Below are positions 18,489 to 28,041 of a DNA stretch of 64,000 nucleotides, piece by piece. The translations under genes were made by a program, and so were the position numbers. Location: NCBI GenBank assembly GCA_963803435.1, contig CAWDML010000001.1:2016001-2080000 (forward strand), given 5' to 3'. Numbering within the stretch: the first letter of the stretch is position 1; each line of letters opens with the position of its first letter. The DNA is from an uncultured delta proteobacterium (GTDB taxonomy: Bacteria; Myxococcota; Kuafuiibacteriia; Kuafuiibacteriales; Kuafuiibacteriaceae). The notes beneath the pieces were generated by a model. It was not told the DNA's origin. It did not search any database and saw nothing but the letters and a program-made list of their open reading frames with translations.

Positions 18489-19828
18489 GTGAGATTCTGC
18501 CCTCGATGCCGGTCGATCTACACAGCACACGTGGAGTTCTGTGGGATCGACGGGACCTGCCTCGTGCAGAGCGACTCCGATCCACTGGTCGGATACGAGG
18601 TCGATCGCTACCTCGTGCTGGAGCGGGTGGGGATGGGCGCCACGGGCTGCGTCTATCGGGTCCAGCACACGGTGCTCGAGCAGGAGCACGCGATGAAGAT
18701 CCTCTATGGGGATCTGGGCCAGGACGAGCGGATCGTCGAGCGCTTCAAGCGGAGGCGAAGGCGATCAGCAAGATGCGGCACCCCAACATCCTGTCCGTGA
18801 CGGACTTCGGGCGGACGCCCAACGGTCTGACCTTCCTGGTGATGGAGTACGTGCGGGGCTGCAACCTGCACGACCGCATCTCTCTGTACGCACCGCTCGC
18901 CCTCAGCGAGGTGGCCCATCTGGTGGAGCAGGTGGCCGCGGGGCTCGGCGAGGCCCACCGCCTCGGATTCGTCCACCGTGACGTCAAGCCGGCCAACGTG
19001 ATGGTGGGAGAGCAGGACGGTGCCCCCTACGTGAAGATCCTGGACTTCGGGATCGTGGGGTTGCGGACCGAAGCGTTCGACACCCGGCTCACCGGCACCG
19101 GCTTCATCATCGGTACACCCGCCTACATGGCGCCCGAACAAGCGAGGGATCCGAGCTTCGTGACCCCAGCGGCCGACTTCTACTCCCTCGGGGTGATGAT
19201 GTTCGAGATGCTGACCGGCCGCGTGCCTTTCGACGCCCAGCAGCCCGTCGACATGATCATCAAGCACTCGATCGAGCCGGTGCCGCCGGTCCCGCCGTCG
19301 TGCGGGCTCGAGCTCCTGGTGCACTGGATGCTCGAGAAGAACCCGAACGATCGGCCGCAGAGCGCGGAAGAGCTCCTCGCCGAGCTGGCGCGACTCCGTG
19401 CGACGGTCCCGGACGACGACACCAAGCCCGGCTTCGCTCAGCAGGACGACACCATGGAGATGCTGGTCGACGAGATCGGCGAGGCGAAGGACCAGCTCCT
19501 CCGAGCGATCGAGACCGAGAGACCGGCGGCACCGCGGCCGCCCCCCCAGACGTTCGAGCTCCCCCTGCTCTCGCCGGTCACCTATCAGGGCATCGAGCCG
19601 GTGCTTCAATACGAGGGCCTGCGCGACCGGCTCGATCGCATTCACGAGACCCTGATCGGTTCAGAGCAGATCGAGTCCGACGTGCGCCAGACCTTTGAGA
19701 CCCGGCTCGCCGAGATGATCGCCGCGGTGCGTCCGGGGCTGCGCGAGTACCGCTACGTCGATCTGGCCACCAAGATCGCGGATCTCGAGCGCGAGATCTG
19801 GAGTCGAATGCGGTTACGGCCCGCCTGA
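18489..19828 (+). CDS. Ser/Thr protein kinase with N-terminal Zn-ribbon (frameshift near 18750)
   Basis: CPRC..CGID, GMGATGCVY and AMK in one frame; HRDVKPAN, DFG and GTPAYMAPE in the other. Confidence 0.9.
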
Positions 19829-20560
19829 CGTCGCCAGATCGCCGGCCGGCGCCTCGAGGACGTGGCGGCGCTGGAGCCGGAGCGCGACGGTCCAGCAGAG
19901 CAGCGCCCAGGCCGCACCCGCGATCCACCCGGCCAGCACGTCGGTCGGCCAGTGGACGCCGAGGTAGATCCGGCTCAGACCGACCGCGATCGTCAGCACG
20001 ATCGCGAGCACCAGCACGTAGGCCTTGACCAGCCGGCTCCGCTGCGTGCGGGCGAGGAGCGCGCCCAGCGTCAGGTAGGTCACCGCGGCCGTCATCGCGT
20101 GCCCGCTGGGGAAGCTGAGCGAGTAGATCTCGATCTGGCGCGAGATGATCGTGGGGCGCGGCCGTTCGAACACGTCCTTGAGCAGCTGTCCCAGCACAGC
20201 GCCGCCGGTGACCGCCACCGCCACGAATAGCGCGACCCTCTTCTTCCGCTCGAGGAAGAGGAAGCCGATCACCGCGAGCGTGATCATCGCCTCCACCGCC
20301 ACACCTCCGAACGAGGTCACGTCCCGGACCATGCCCTCGAACCAGCGCGGTCCGATCGGATCCGAGAGATCGCCGGGCACGCGCATGGCCAGGAGGATCG
20401 AGCGATCGAACGAACCCGCTGCGGGATGGAGCGCGATCTCACCGAGCTCGTGGAAGACCCAGACGCCGGCCAGGACCCCGAGAAGGGCCAGCAGCGTACC
20501 GCCCTCGTGACGGCCGATGAAGCGGAACGCATGCAGCAACCTGTGCGCGTGGCGTCTCAC
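19814..20560 (-). CDS. PAP2-family membrane phosphatase
   Basis: K..FERPRP, SFPSGH and SRIYLGVHWPTD motifs. Confidence 0.92.
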   Translation of the reverse strand: MRRHAHRLLHAFRFIGRHEGGTLLALLGVLAGVWVFHELGEIALHPAAGSFDRSILLAMRVPGDLSDPIGPRWFEGMVRDVTSFGGVAVEAMITLAVIGFLFLERKKRVALFVAVAVTGGAVLGQLLKDVFERPRPTIISRQIEIYSLSFPSGHAMTAAVTYLTLGALLARTQRSRLVKAYVLVLAIVLTIAVGLSRIYLGVHWPTDVLAGWIAGAAWALLCWTVALRLQRRHVLEAPAGDLATSGGP

Positions 20561-20655
20561 TCTCGATCACAGGATACACCGCAGGGGGCCCGCTCGGGCG
20601 AGCCCTCGCCCCGACCTCGCTCGCCACGCTCGCTGCGCGCCCCGCCTGCCTTGCG

Positions 20656-23289
20656 TCAGGACCAGGCGACGGTCGTCACGGAGACCGAGCTCGTCTGCAG
20701 CAGGGCGGACAGGATCTCGCCCGACGGCGACGCATCCACTTCGGCGATGATCGCGCCGCTGTCCTCGTCCGCGAACACCACCTTCAGGTGCAAGCAGAGC
20801 TGCTCGAACAACCGGGCGCTCCAGCGTGCGGCTGTCGGCGTGGTGTCGAACCCTCCGCTGGCGGGCGTCAGCATCACCTTGCGGCCCACCTGCTTGGCCG
20901 CCTCGGCAGCGTCGCGCCGATCCTCGAGCGCCAGCATCAACAGCCGGAGCGCCTCCGAGTGCTCGTCCGCGCTGTAGTCGACGATCGTGTTCAGCCCGTA
21001 GCGATCGACGACCCGGTGCGGCTGGCGGATGTCGAGCACCGTGAGGCCCAGCTCAGGGTGTGCGTCCGCGATCCCAATCAGACCGCGGACCGAGGCCTCG
21101 GCGGCGCCGAAGTTCTGCTGGTCTCCCGTCAGCTCGACCAGACGGGGCACGAACACCGGGTCCGAGAGCGACACGATCGCCTGCACCGCCTTCTCCTTGG
21201 TGAAGTAGTCGTCCGACCAGGTGTTCTGCAGCAGCAGGTCGCGGACCCAGCCCTCCCCGCCGGCGTGGATCGCGATGGAGCCGAGCGCCACCGCCGCCAC
21301 CTCCGGGTTCCGATCGACGGCGAGGCGCAGGAGGTACGGCATCGCTTGGCTTCGCTCGTTCCCGGGACGACCTGCGATCTCGGCGAGCCGGCTGCGGACC
21401 TTGGGCGCCTGCGAGCTGACCAGCCAATCGGCCGTCGAGAGGTCCTCGAGCGAGCGCGCCTCGCCGGTCATCAGCTTGGCGACGTCGGACAGATAGGGAT
21501 CGTGCGCGCCCACCAGGTGACCGGCGAGATCGGCCGCGCTCTGCGCCACGATGTCGACCTCCTGCTCGAGGAGCATCGCGACGAACGGCTCCACCTCCCG
21601 CGCGGCCCCGGCCAGGCTCTTGGTGGCACGCTCGCGCAGCATCATGTCGCCTCGATACGCGTACACCAGCGCCGCCGCGGTGCTCCCCTCGGGGGCCCGT
21701 GGCTCCCGCTCGAGGGTCAACAGGCCCTTCAGCTCGGCGACCGGGTTGGTCGGCCCGCCCAGGACGACCAGATCCCGGTACGCCTGTGTCGACTCCATCA
21801 GCGAGGTGGCGTTGCTGAGCGCCAGCTCGAGCGCCCCCGCCATCTGCTCGCCGCCGATCATCCCGGCGAAGGCGGCAGCCCGCCGGCGCTGATCCTCGGG
21901 CGTGGTCGGACCCAGCCAGCGCAGGAGCTGGATCGGGTGTGCGGCGAAGAACTCGAGCGCCTCCTCGATGTACGCGCGGTTGCCGCGCAGCTCGTCGGAG
22001 ATGAAGCCGAAGCCGCGCAGCGAGTGCGGAAGCGGCACCCCCGCCTGCCGGATCGCCTTCGCCGGCACCGCCCAGGGCCACCAGTTGTCGATGTTGAGGA
22101 GCTCGGTCCACTTGAGCTCGACCAGCTCCGCCGACGCGGGCTCCGCCGCCAGCGCCAGCACGCAGCTCGCCGCCCGCCGCACCGGATAGTCCGGATCCTT
22201 GAGCAGCTTCTGGAGCTCCGGCCGCCACTCGGGGCGTCCGACGGCCGACCAGGTCGCGCCCACCCAATCGCTCGGGCGATCGCTCTGGAAGCTGGCCCGC
22301 ACCAGGCTTGCCTGCTCCTCGCCGAAGCTGCCGAGCGCGGTGATCATGACCATGCGAGCCTCGTCGTCCTCCTCTTCCTGCAAGCGGGCTTGCAACATCG
22401 GGATCGTCCATCGCTCGTCCGTCCAGGCGACCCGGAGCGCCAGCGCGCAGCGGAACTGTCCGTCCCGCTCGAGAAGCCTCTGGTAGCTCTCGGTCCACTT
22501 CGCCGAGACCACGATGTCCGCGATGACGTCGAGTCCGTGGACGTCGAGGTAGAGGCTGTCGAGGTGATGCTTGAGCGACTCCTCGTCGTAGATGCCCTCG
22601 CGGGCAGCCCACACGAAGGCGTCGGGAAAGGTCGTGATCGAGCGGGGCTCGAAGGTACCGCCCAGCAGCTTCTGGAAGACGGCGCGCTCGTAGCTCTCCG
22701 AGGAGAGCAGGAACGCGCACTGCGCGGCACGCTTGAGGGTGTAGTCGTCGTGGCTGACGTACTTGGCGGCGAAGCGCGCCGCCATCGGGTGGCGGAGCAT
22801 CCCCAGCGCCTGGAGGGTGGCCGCGATCACCCAGGCGCCGCCGTCAGAGCGATCCTCGCGGGCCGTCTCCATCGAGTCGATCAGGAGCGGCGCGCAGTCG
22901 GTCAGCTCGCAGAGCCCGATCAGGCGGGCGGCGTGCGCACGCGTGTTCACGTTCTGATGCGTGAGGTGACGCCGCACCGCGCGGCGCAGGCCCTCGCCGC
23001 TGACCTCGGCCAGCCGGCGCCGCTCCTCCGCGTCGTACGGGAGCGTGCCGATGTCGGCTCCAGCGTCGACGAGGATCGGATCGATCTCCGGATCGAGGTA
23101 CCAGTCGAACATCCCCTCGTGGAGGAAGACCTGCTTCCGCATCCAGTACCAGAGGGGGCGCGCGTCCTGATCGCTCTTCGCCTGCTGCGGGTGGAGCATG
23201 CGATCGATGTGGGCCAGCTCTTCCTCGGTCAACCCGGCGGGCTTCGACTCCACCAGCTTCGAGAGAATGTTTCGGAGTTTCTTGTCCAT
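20656..23289 (-). CDS. Large HEAT-repeat protein
   Basis: Repeated L.D.D..VRRAA-type motifs (LLKDPDYPVRRAAS, LAVDRNPEVAAVA); GAGGAG RBS. Confidence 0.8.
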   Translation of the reverse strand: MDKKLRNILSKLVESKPAGLTEEELAHIDRMLHPQQAKSDQDARPLWYWMRKQVFLHEGMFDWYLDPEIDPILVDAGADIGTLPYDAEERRRLAEVSGEGLRRAVRRHLTHQNVNTRAHAARLIGLCELTDCAPLLIDSMETAREDRSDGGAWVIAATLQALGMLRHPMAARFAAKYVSHDDYTLKRAAQCAFLLSSESYERAVFQKLLGGTFEPRSITTFPDAFVWAAREGIYDEESLKHHLDSLYLDVHGLDVIADIVVSAKWTESYQRLLERDGQFRCALALRVAWTDERWTIPMLQARLQEEEDDEARMVMITALGSFGEEQASLVRASFQSDRPSDWVGATWSAVGRPEWRPELQKLLKDPDYPVRRAASCVLALAAEPASAELVELKWTELLNIDNWWPWAVPAKAIRQAGVPLPHSLRGFGFISDELRGNRAYIEEALEFFAAHPIQLLRWLGPTTPEDQRRRAAAFAGMIGGEQMAGALELALSNATSLMESTQAYRDLVVLGGPTNPVAELKGLLTLEREPRAPEGSTAAALVYAYRGDMMLRERATKSLAGAAREVEPFVAMLLEQEVDIVAQSAADLAGHLVGAHDPYLSDVAKLMTGEARSLEDLSTADWLVSSQAPKVRSRLAEIAGRPGNERSQAMPYLLRLAVDRNPEVAAVALGSIAIHAGGEGWVRDLLLQNTWSDDYFTKEKAVQAIVSLSDPVFVPRLVELTGDQQNFGAAEASVRGLIGIADAHPELGLTVLDIRQPHRVVDRYGLNTIVDYSADEHSEALRLLMLALEDRRDAAEAAKQVGRKVMLTPASGGFDTTPTAARWSARLFEQLCLHLKVVFADEDSGAIIAEVDASPSGEILSALLQTSSVSVTTVAWS

Positions 23290-23300
23290 GATCTCCTCGC

Positions 23301-24665
23301 TCAGTTCGGCCCCACCGGGACCACGATGGTGCTCTTCGCGTAGCGGTCGAGCGACGAGGTGAACGCCCGTCCCCCCGCCGCCAGATACACCACGAAGAGC
23401 CGCTTGCCCCCGGCGAGCAGCCGCCGCCCGATCGCCGAGCTCACGTTCGCGTCGCCGTCGGTGAACAGCACGCCCGCCTCGATCTCCTTGTTCCCGAGCA
23501 TGTCGAGCAGCGGCTGATCGAAGTCGGTCCCGCCGCCGCCTGCGATCTGGCCCTTGGCCAGCGCCTCCACGTCGATCGCCCGCACCTCGGTGTCGAACGC
23601 GCGGATGTACAGCGGCATCTCCTTGAGCGCGCCACGAAGGCCGAGATGATCGAGAAGTACGGGACCATCGATCCCGAGACGTCCACGTAGATCCCCACGG
23701 CCATCCGCGCGCCGGTGTTGGAGACCTCGCGGTTCCAGTACAGGCCCATGACGTCGCTGATCCCGCAGAGCCGGTAGACCAGCCCGATCCGGGTCGGGAA
23801 CCCCGGATACGCCTCCACGCGGATCTCGCGGATCAGCGGGGCCAGGACCTTCTGGGCGGTCTGATCGATCAGCTTCCGCACCCGCATCCGCTCGAGGAAC
23901 GTCTCCACGTCGCTGGTGCCGATCGAGACCGGGACCACGTTGAACTCGGACATCGCGCGCCCGAGATCCGAGCCCCGCGGGAGGCGCTCGTTGACCTGCT
24001 TGGCCACCGTCTTCACCAGCCGGCCGGTCCGATCTCCCGGCTTCTTGGGCAGCCCCTCGCCCATGCGGCAGAACATCTCGAAGGGCGGGAGCACCCCCAC
24101 CTGGAGGAGGCGCAGCAGGCGGAAGTAGATCGACGGCCGGGTTCAGCGACGCGTAGCTCCCGTCCTCCGACGAGCGCGACCAGATCGCCTGCCACAGCTC
24201 GCCCAGCTCGTGCGGAAGCTTCGTCGGATCCGCGCTGCAGTCCGCCAGCGCGATCGGGCCCAGCTTCGACGCCTCGGGATAGATCGCCAGGCTCGTCTTC
24301 CGCATCTTGTCCGGATAGGCCTCGAAGAGGAGCCGGTTGATGCAGATGTCGAGCGTCAGGTTCGCGAGCTCGTGGTGCGCGTGCTGCTCGCCGAAGCCGT
24401 GGTACATCGACCGGTGCAGCAGCTCGTGGCGCAGGACGATCTCGATGCACGGGATGTCGAGGTTGGCCACCAGCGGCCCCACGTGGATCGACTCCTCCTT
24501 GGTGCGCGGATCGTGGCGCCAGCTGGCCGTCTTCTCCTCGGGATCGTAGGTGACGAAGCCCGAGCACTCGGCGAACGTCAGCTCCAGCTGCATCAGCGCG
24601 CGCTCGATCTTGCGCTCGGCCAGCGCCTTCGCGAGGGCCGGGTTCTGCGGCTTCTCCTCCGTCAT
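23301..24665 (-). CDS. Zincin metallopeptidase (HEXXH) plus vWA domain protein, DUF2201-like (frameshifts near 24135 and 23630)
   Basis: LRHELLH...NLTLDICIN; MIDAS DVSGS, GGGGTDF and FTDG motifs spread across frames; ATG overlaps the ATPase stop. Confidence 0.85.
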   Translation of the reverse strand: MTEEKPQNPALAKALAERKIERALMQLELTFAECSGFVTYDPEEKTASWRHDPRTKEESIHVGPLVANLDIPCIEIVLRHELLHRSMYHGFGEQHAHHELANLTLDICINRLLFEAYPDKMRKTSLAIYPEASKLGPIALADCSADPTKLPHELGELWQAIWSRSSEDGSYASLNPAVDLLPPAAPPPGGGAPALRDVLPHGRGAAQEAGRSDRPAGEDGGQAGQRAPPAGLGSRARDVRVQRGPGLDRHQRRGDVPRADAGAEADRSDRPEGPGPADPRDPRGGVSGVPDPDRAGLPALRDQRRHGPVLEPRGLQHRRADGRGDLRGRLGIDGPVLLDHLGLRGALKEMPLYIRAFDTEVRAIDVEALAKGQIAGGGGTDFDQPLLDMLGNKEIEAGVLFTDGDANVSSAIGRRLLAGGKRLFVVYLAAGGRAFTSSLDRYAKSTIVVPVGPN

Positions 24666-26143
24666 GCCGTGGGGATGTTGGGCACGCTCATCTCGCCGGC
24701 CTTCGACAGATCGAGGCCTGCGAAGAATCGATAGACGCTGTCCCGATCGTTCGGGACGTCGCCCTCCCTCAGATCGATCAGATACGTCTGGAGCTTCCGG
24801 ACCTCGGGCGAGCGGTTGTCGAGGAAGCTCCCCTCGGACACCAGCTGGCGGAAGGCGTCGATGTTCCGCTCCGCGCGCTCGAGCTCGGGGCCCCGCATCC
24901 GTCCGTCGAGGATGTTCCTCAGCATGGGCGTGACCAGGTTGATGGCGCCGTTGAGCGCGATCAGGAGGCGCCCGTCCACCTGGCGGAGCGCGTCGCCCTG
25001 ATACCCGAGCCGGTTGAGCGTGTGCCGCAGCTCGACCAGCTTCTCCTGCTCGCCCTTCTGGCTGGCTCCGCGCAGGAGCTCGCCCAGGAGCTTCTCCACC
25101 TCGTCGGGCGCCAGCGTCTCCTTGATCTCCTTCCAGCGCTCCTTGAGGTGCTCGAGCCGCTTCTCGAAGGTCGAGGGCGCCGCCAGCTCCATGCGGATCG
25201 TCTCCGCCGGGCCGAGCGTGCCCGACTCCAGGATCGACTCGGCCGCCTGGTGGATCTGATCGAGCACCACCGGCTTGATCTGCAGCTTGGTCGCCACCGC
25301 ATAGCGGAGCGCATCGACCGCCGCCCTCCGCAGCGGATTGGCCGCGCCCGCCACCCGGTAGTACGCGGCCACCGCCAGCAGCGTCTCGGGGAGGTTCCGC
25401 GCGTAGGTGCGCGCGCTCATGTACGGGCCGCTCGACTCCTTGATCGCCCCCAGGATCGCCGGCACCACCTTCGCGAGGTACGCGGTCACCCGCTCGAGCG
25501 CGCCCTCCGCCATCAGCTCCTGGTGCGCGTGCTGGATCTCGGTGAACACGCGCGCCAGCGTCTCCGCCTCCAGCTCCGAGCCCTTGTTCTGCGCGGGCGC
25601 TGCCAGCTTCATCATGGCAGCCACGTCCTCCGGTCCGACGCCGACCTGGTGATCGGGCACCGGGATGACCGCGTGGAACCGATCGAGCAGCGCCTCGTCG
25701 AGCTGGAAGGCGGCCGCGTACGACTCCGGGTTCGCGGTGGCGATCAGGCTGCGATAGGCGAGCGGCAATCCAAAGCAGGTCCGCTCCTCCAGGATCTCGA
25801 GCCAGAGGTTCTGGCTCTCCTTCCCGGCGCGCGTGATCTCGTCGACCACGATCGTGCTCTTGTTCCAGATCGCCCGCTCGTGCGCGACGAAGCGGAGCCG
25901 CCCGCTCTTGAGCGACTCCGGATCCGGGATCCCGGCCACCGAGATCAGATCGTCCTTGGTCGCGTCGTAGAAGACGAAGCCCTGCTCGCCGTAGCCCTTC
26001 GAGAGCGCGCGTGCGAGCCGCGTCTTGCCGGTGCCGTGGCGGCCGATCAGCATGAAGCTCTTGTGCATCGCCATCAGGCCGACGACGACAGGCTCGAGGT
26101 CTTGGTAGCCGAAGTTGATCCGGTCGAGAATGCGGAGGGTCAT
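24662..26143 (-). CDS. MoxR/RavA-family AAA+ ATPase with long helical C-terminus
   Basis: GRHGTGKT, IVVDEITR, ATANP and LDEALLDRF motifs. Confidence 0.88.
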   Translation of the reverse strand: MTLRILDRINFGYQDLEPVVVGLMAMHKSFMLIGRHGTGKTRLARALSKGYGEQGFVFYDATKDDLISVAGIPDPESLKSGRLRFVAHERAIWNKSTIVVDEITRAGKESQNLWLEILEERTCFGLPLAYRSLIATANPESYAAAFQLDEALLDRFHAVIPVPDHQVGVGPEDVAAMMKLAAPAQNKGSELEAETLARVFTEIQHAHQELMAEGALERVTAYLAKVVPAILGAIKESSGPYMSARTYARNLPETLLAVAAYYRVAGAANPLRRAAVDALRYAVATKLQIKPVVLDQIHQAAESILESGTLGPAETIRMELAAPSTFEKRLEHLKERWKEIKETLAPDEVEKLLGELLRGASQKGEQEKLVELRHTLNRLGYQGDALRQVDGRLLIALNGAINLVTPMLRNILDGRMRGPELERAERNIDAFRQLVSEGSFLDNRSPEVRKLQTYLIDLREGDVPNDRDSVYRFFAGLDLSKAGEMSVPNIPTA

Positions 26144-26263
26144 GCCAGGGGACTGTGTCTCTCGCCTCCCCGGGCAATCGTCAACGGTCGGCCGACATGC
26201 GTGTGATCACGCCAACAGGCCCACCGCCGGTATGAGCGAGGAGCACACCAGGGAGGCGGTCGT

Positions 26264-27142
26264 TCAGAAGAATTGACCCCGAAGGGCGATGCCGAGGATG
26301 CGCTCGTCATCGTCCTCGAAGTTGCGGTTGCCGTTCACCAGCTGGCGATAGCCGAGGTCGATCGCGATGCGCTCGTAGTTGAAGCCGACCCCGCCCGACA
26401 CCGCCCAGGTCTTGTTCGCGAGGTCGTACCAGGCGCCGAGTCGGAGCGGAACCAGGTTCGCGATGATGTAGCCGACGCCGAGCGAGTAGCGCGCCTTTCC
26501 GATCTTCGCGTTGTAGCGGACGTCGCCCTCCACGTTGAAGCCGGCGATCTCGTACCCGAGGCCTGCGCCCCAGCCGATCGGCACCTCGGGACGCTTGCTG
26601 TTGGTGAGGTTGTAGCCCACCGCGCCGAGCGACAGCCCCTCCACGATCCGCCACACGATGCCCACGTCGAACGTGAGGACCTTGAAGCCGTCCTCGGTCT
26701 CTCCGTTCTTGAGGCTGTAGGTGAGATAGCGCGTGGTCACGCCCACGCCGACCGCGTCGCCGAGCTTGGTGGCGGTGGCGAGCTCGACGCGATGACCGCG
26801 CAGGCGTGCATCGCCCGCCGGCAGATCGTCGGGACGGCGCGTGGAGTACGTGTACGCGATCCCGCCGGCGACCGGACCGGCCTGGCTGTCGATGATCGAC
26901 GCGTTGATGCGCCGATCCGATCCGCGGATGTCGTCGAGGTAACCCAGCTCGACGCTGTAGATCTTGGCCAGCGCCAGACCGCCCGGGTTCACGTAGATGG
27001 AGTCGTTGCCCGTGGTGAGCGCGCGCTGCGACTCGGCGAACCCGAGCAACCGCGCGCCCTCGTAGCCCTGCGCGTCGGCTGCGCCCGTGAACAAACACTG
27101 GGCCGGGAAGAGAAACGCGAGGCTGAGGATGATCCTTCCCAT
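26264..27142 (-). CDS. Outer-membrane beta-barrel protein
   Basis: Signal peptide, YVNPGGLA (PorV/FadL-like start), amphipathic strands and terminal Phe. Confidence 0.75.
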   Translation of the reverse strand: MGRIILSLAFLFPAQCLFTGAADAQGYEGARLLGFAESQRALTTGNDSIYVNPGGLALAKIYSVELGYLDDIRGSDRRINASIIDSQAGPVAGGIAYTYSTRRPDDLPAGDARLRGHRVELATATKLGDAVGVGVTTRYLTYSLKNGETEDGFKVLTFDVGIVWRIVEGLSLGAVGYNLTNSKRPEVPIGWGAGLGYEIAGFNVEGDVRYNAKIGKARYSLGVGYIIANLVPLRLGAWYDLANKTWAVSGGVGFNYERIAIDLGYRQLVNGNRNFEDDDERILGIALRGQFF

Positions 27143-27184
27143 GCTTGCTTCCCGGAGGTCGCGCGCTATGGTAGCTCACCGAGA

Positions 27185-27910
27185 ATGCGGCGCAAGAGTC
27201 TGATCCTCTCGGCGCTCGCGCTGGTCTCGGTGCCGTCGATCGCGGTCGCGTACGTTCAACCCGCCGACGCGATCCTCGCGAGCGCGGCGGCGAGACGTGC
27301 GCGGATCGCCTTCCACACCATCGTGGCGGAGGGCACGTACGAGCAGGGGGATCAGCGCATCCCGATCTGGGAGGCGATCAAGGCCGGCAAGGCCCACCGC
27401 ATCGAGTACCGCAAGCCCGGCGGCACCGAGGTCGACCTCACGGTCGACAGCCGTCGCTGGCACTTCACGCCTGGGAAGCCCGCAGGCGCGCCCGAGCGGG
27501 TGCCCGGCGATCTCTTCATGACCTTCATCGCCCGTCCCGACACCGATCCGGGCGGCCGGCAGGGCATCCTCTTTCTCAAGCGCCACAAGATCGACGAGGA
27601 GGTGGTCAGCCTCGGCCGCGTCGACAAGCGGATCGCGTACGTCATCGGCGCGCGCCCCTGGGAGGACACCCGCCCGCAGCTGTGGATCGACAAGGAGATG
27701 ATGGTCCCGACCCGACTGATCACGAAGGCGGACGACGGCGCGGTCGTCGACACTCGCCTCCTCGGCTGGGGCTCCGGCTCCACCGACGAGTGGTTCCCGC
27801 AGCGGATCGAGGTCTATCGCAACGGACAGCTGGTCGAGGCCTACACCTATCAGCGGGCCGTGCTCAACCAGAGCCTGGAGCCGTCGCTGTTCGAGCCGCC
27901 CGCCCCGTGA
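27185..27910 (+). CDS. Periplasmic LolA-like fold protein
   Basis: Signal peptide; QLWIDKE..PTRL and LNQSLEPSLF motifs. Confidence 0.6.
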   Translation: MRRKSLILSALALVSVPSIAVAYVQPADAILASAAARRARIAFHTIVAEGTYEQGDQRIPIWEAIKAGKAHRIEYRKPGGTEVDLTVDSRRWHFTPGKPAGAPERVPGDLFMTFIARPDTDPGGRQGILFLKRHKIDEEVVSLGRVDKRIAYVIGARPWEDTRPQLWIDKEMMVPTRLITKADDGAVVDTRLLGWGSGSTDEWFPQRIEVYRNGQLVEAYTYQRAVLNQSLEPSLFEPPAP

Positions 27911-28041
27911 AGCTCGTGCTCGCCCTCGCGCTGGCCGCGCTGCTCTCGGCCGGCTGCTCGCGCAAGGTCAAGGTCAAGCTCAGAGTCAAGTCCGCAGACG
28001 CGGGTCTGGTCGTCCGGACGTCCACCGCGAGCACGCGATGA
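27907..28041 (+). CDS. Small 44-aa putative lipoprotein
   Basis: MKLVLALALAALLSAGC; GTGA and ATGA overlaps with both neighbours. Confidence 0.5.
   Translation: MKLVLALALAALLSAGCSRKVKVKLRVKSADAGLVVRTSTASTR

Noticed and set aside
18740-18765. Programmed ribosomal frameshift in the kinase (and the other split genes)
   Set aside because: No slippery heptamer; it falls mid-domain, and multiple similar indels favour sequencing error.
20583-20645. GC-rich CGCTCG-containing palindromic segment, possible REP element
   Set aside because: Only one copy in the window and weak symmetry; cannot be distinguished from an ordinary hairpin.
23301-26177. 958-aa single ORF
   Set aside because: The N-terminal half is an off-frame overlap of the ATPase; the real protein starts at ATG 24665.
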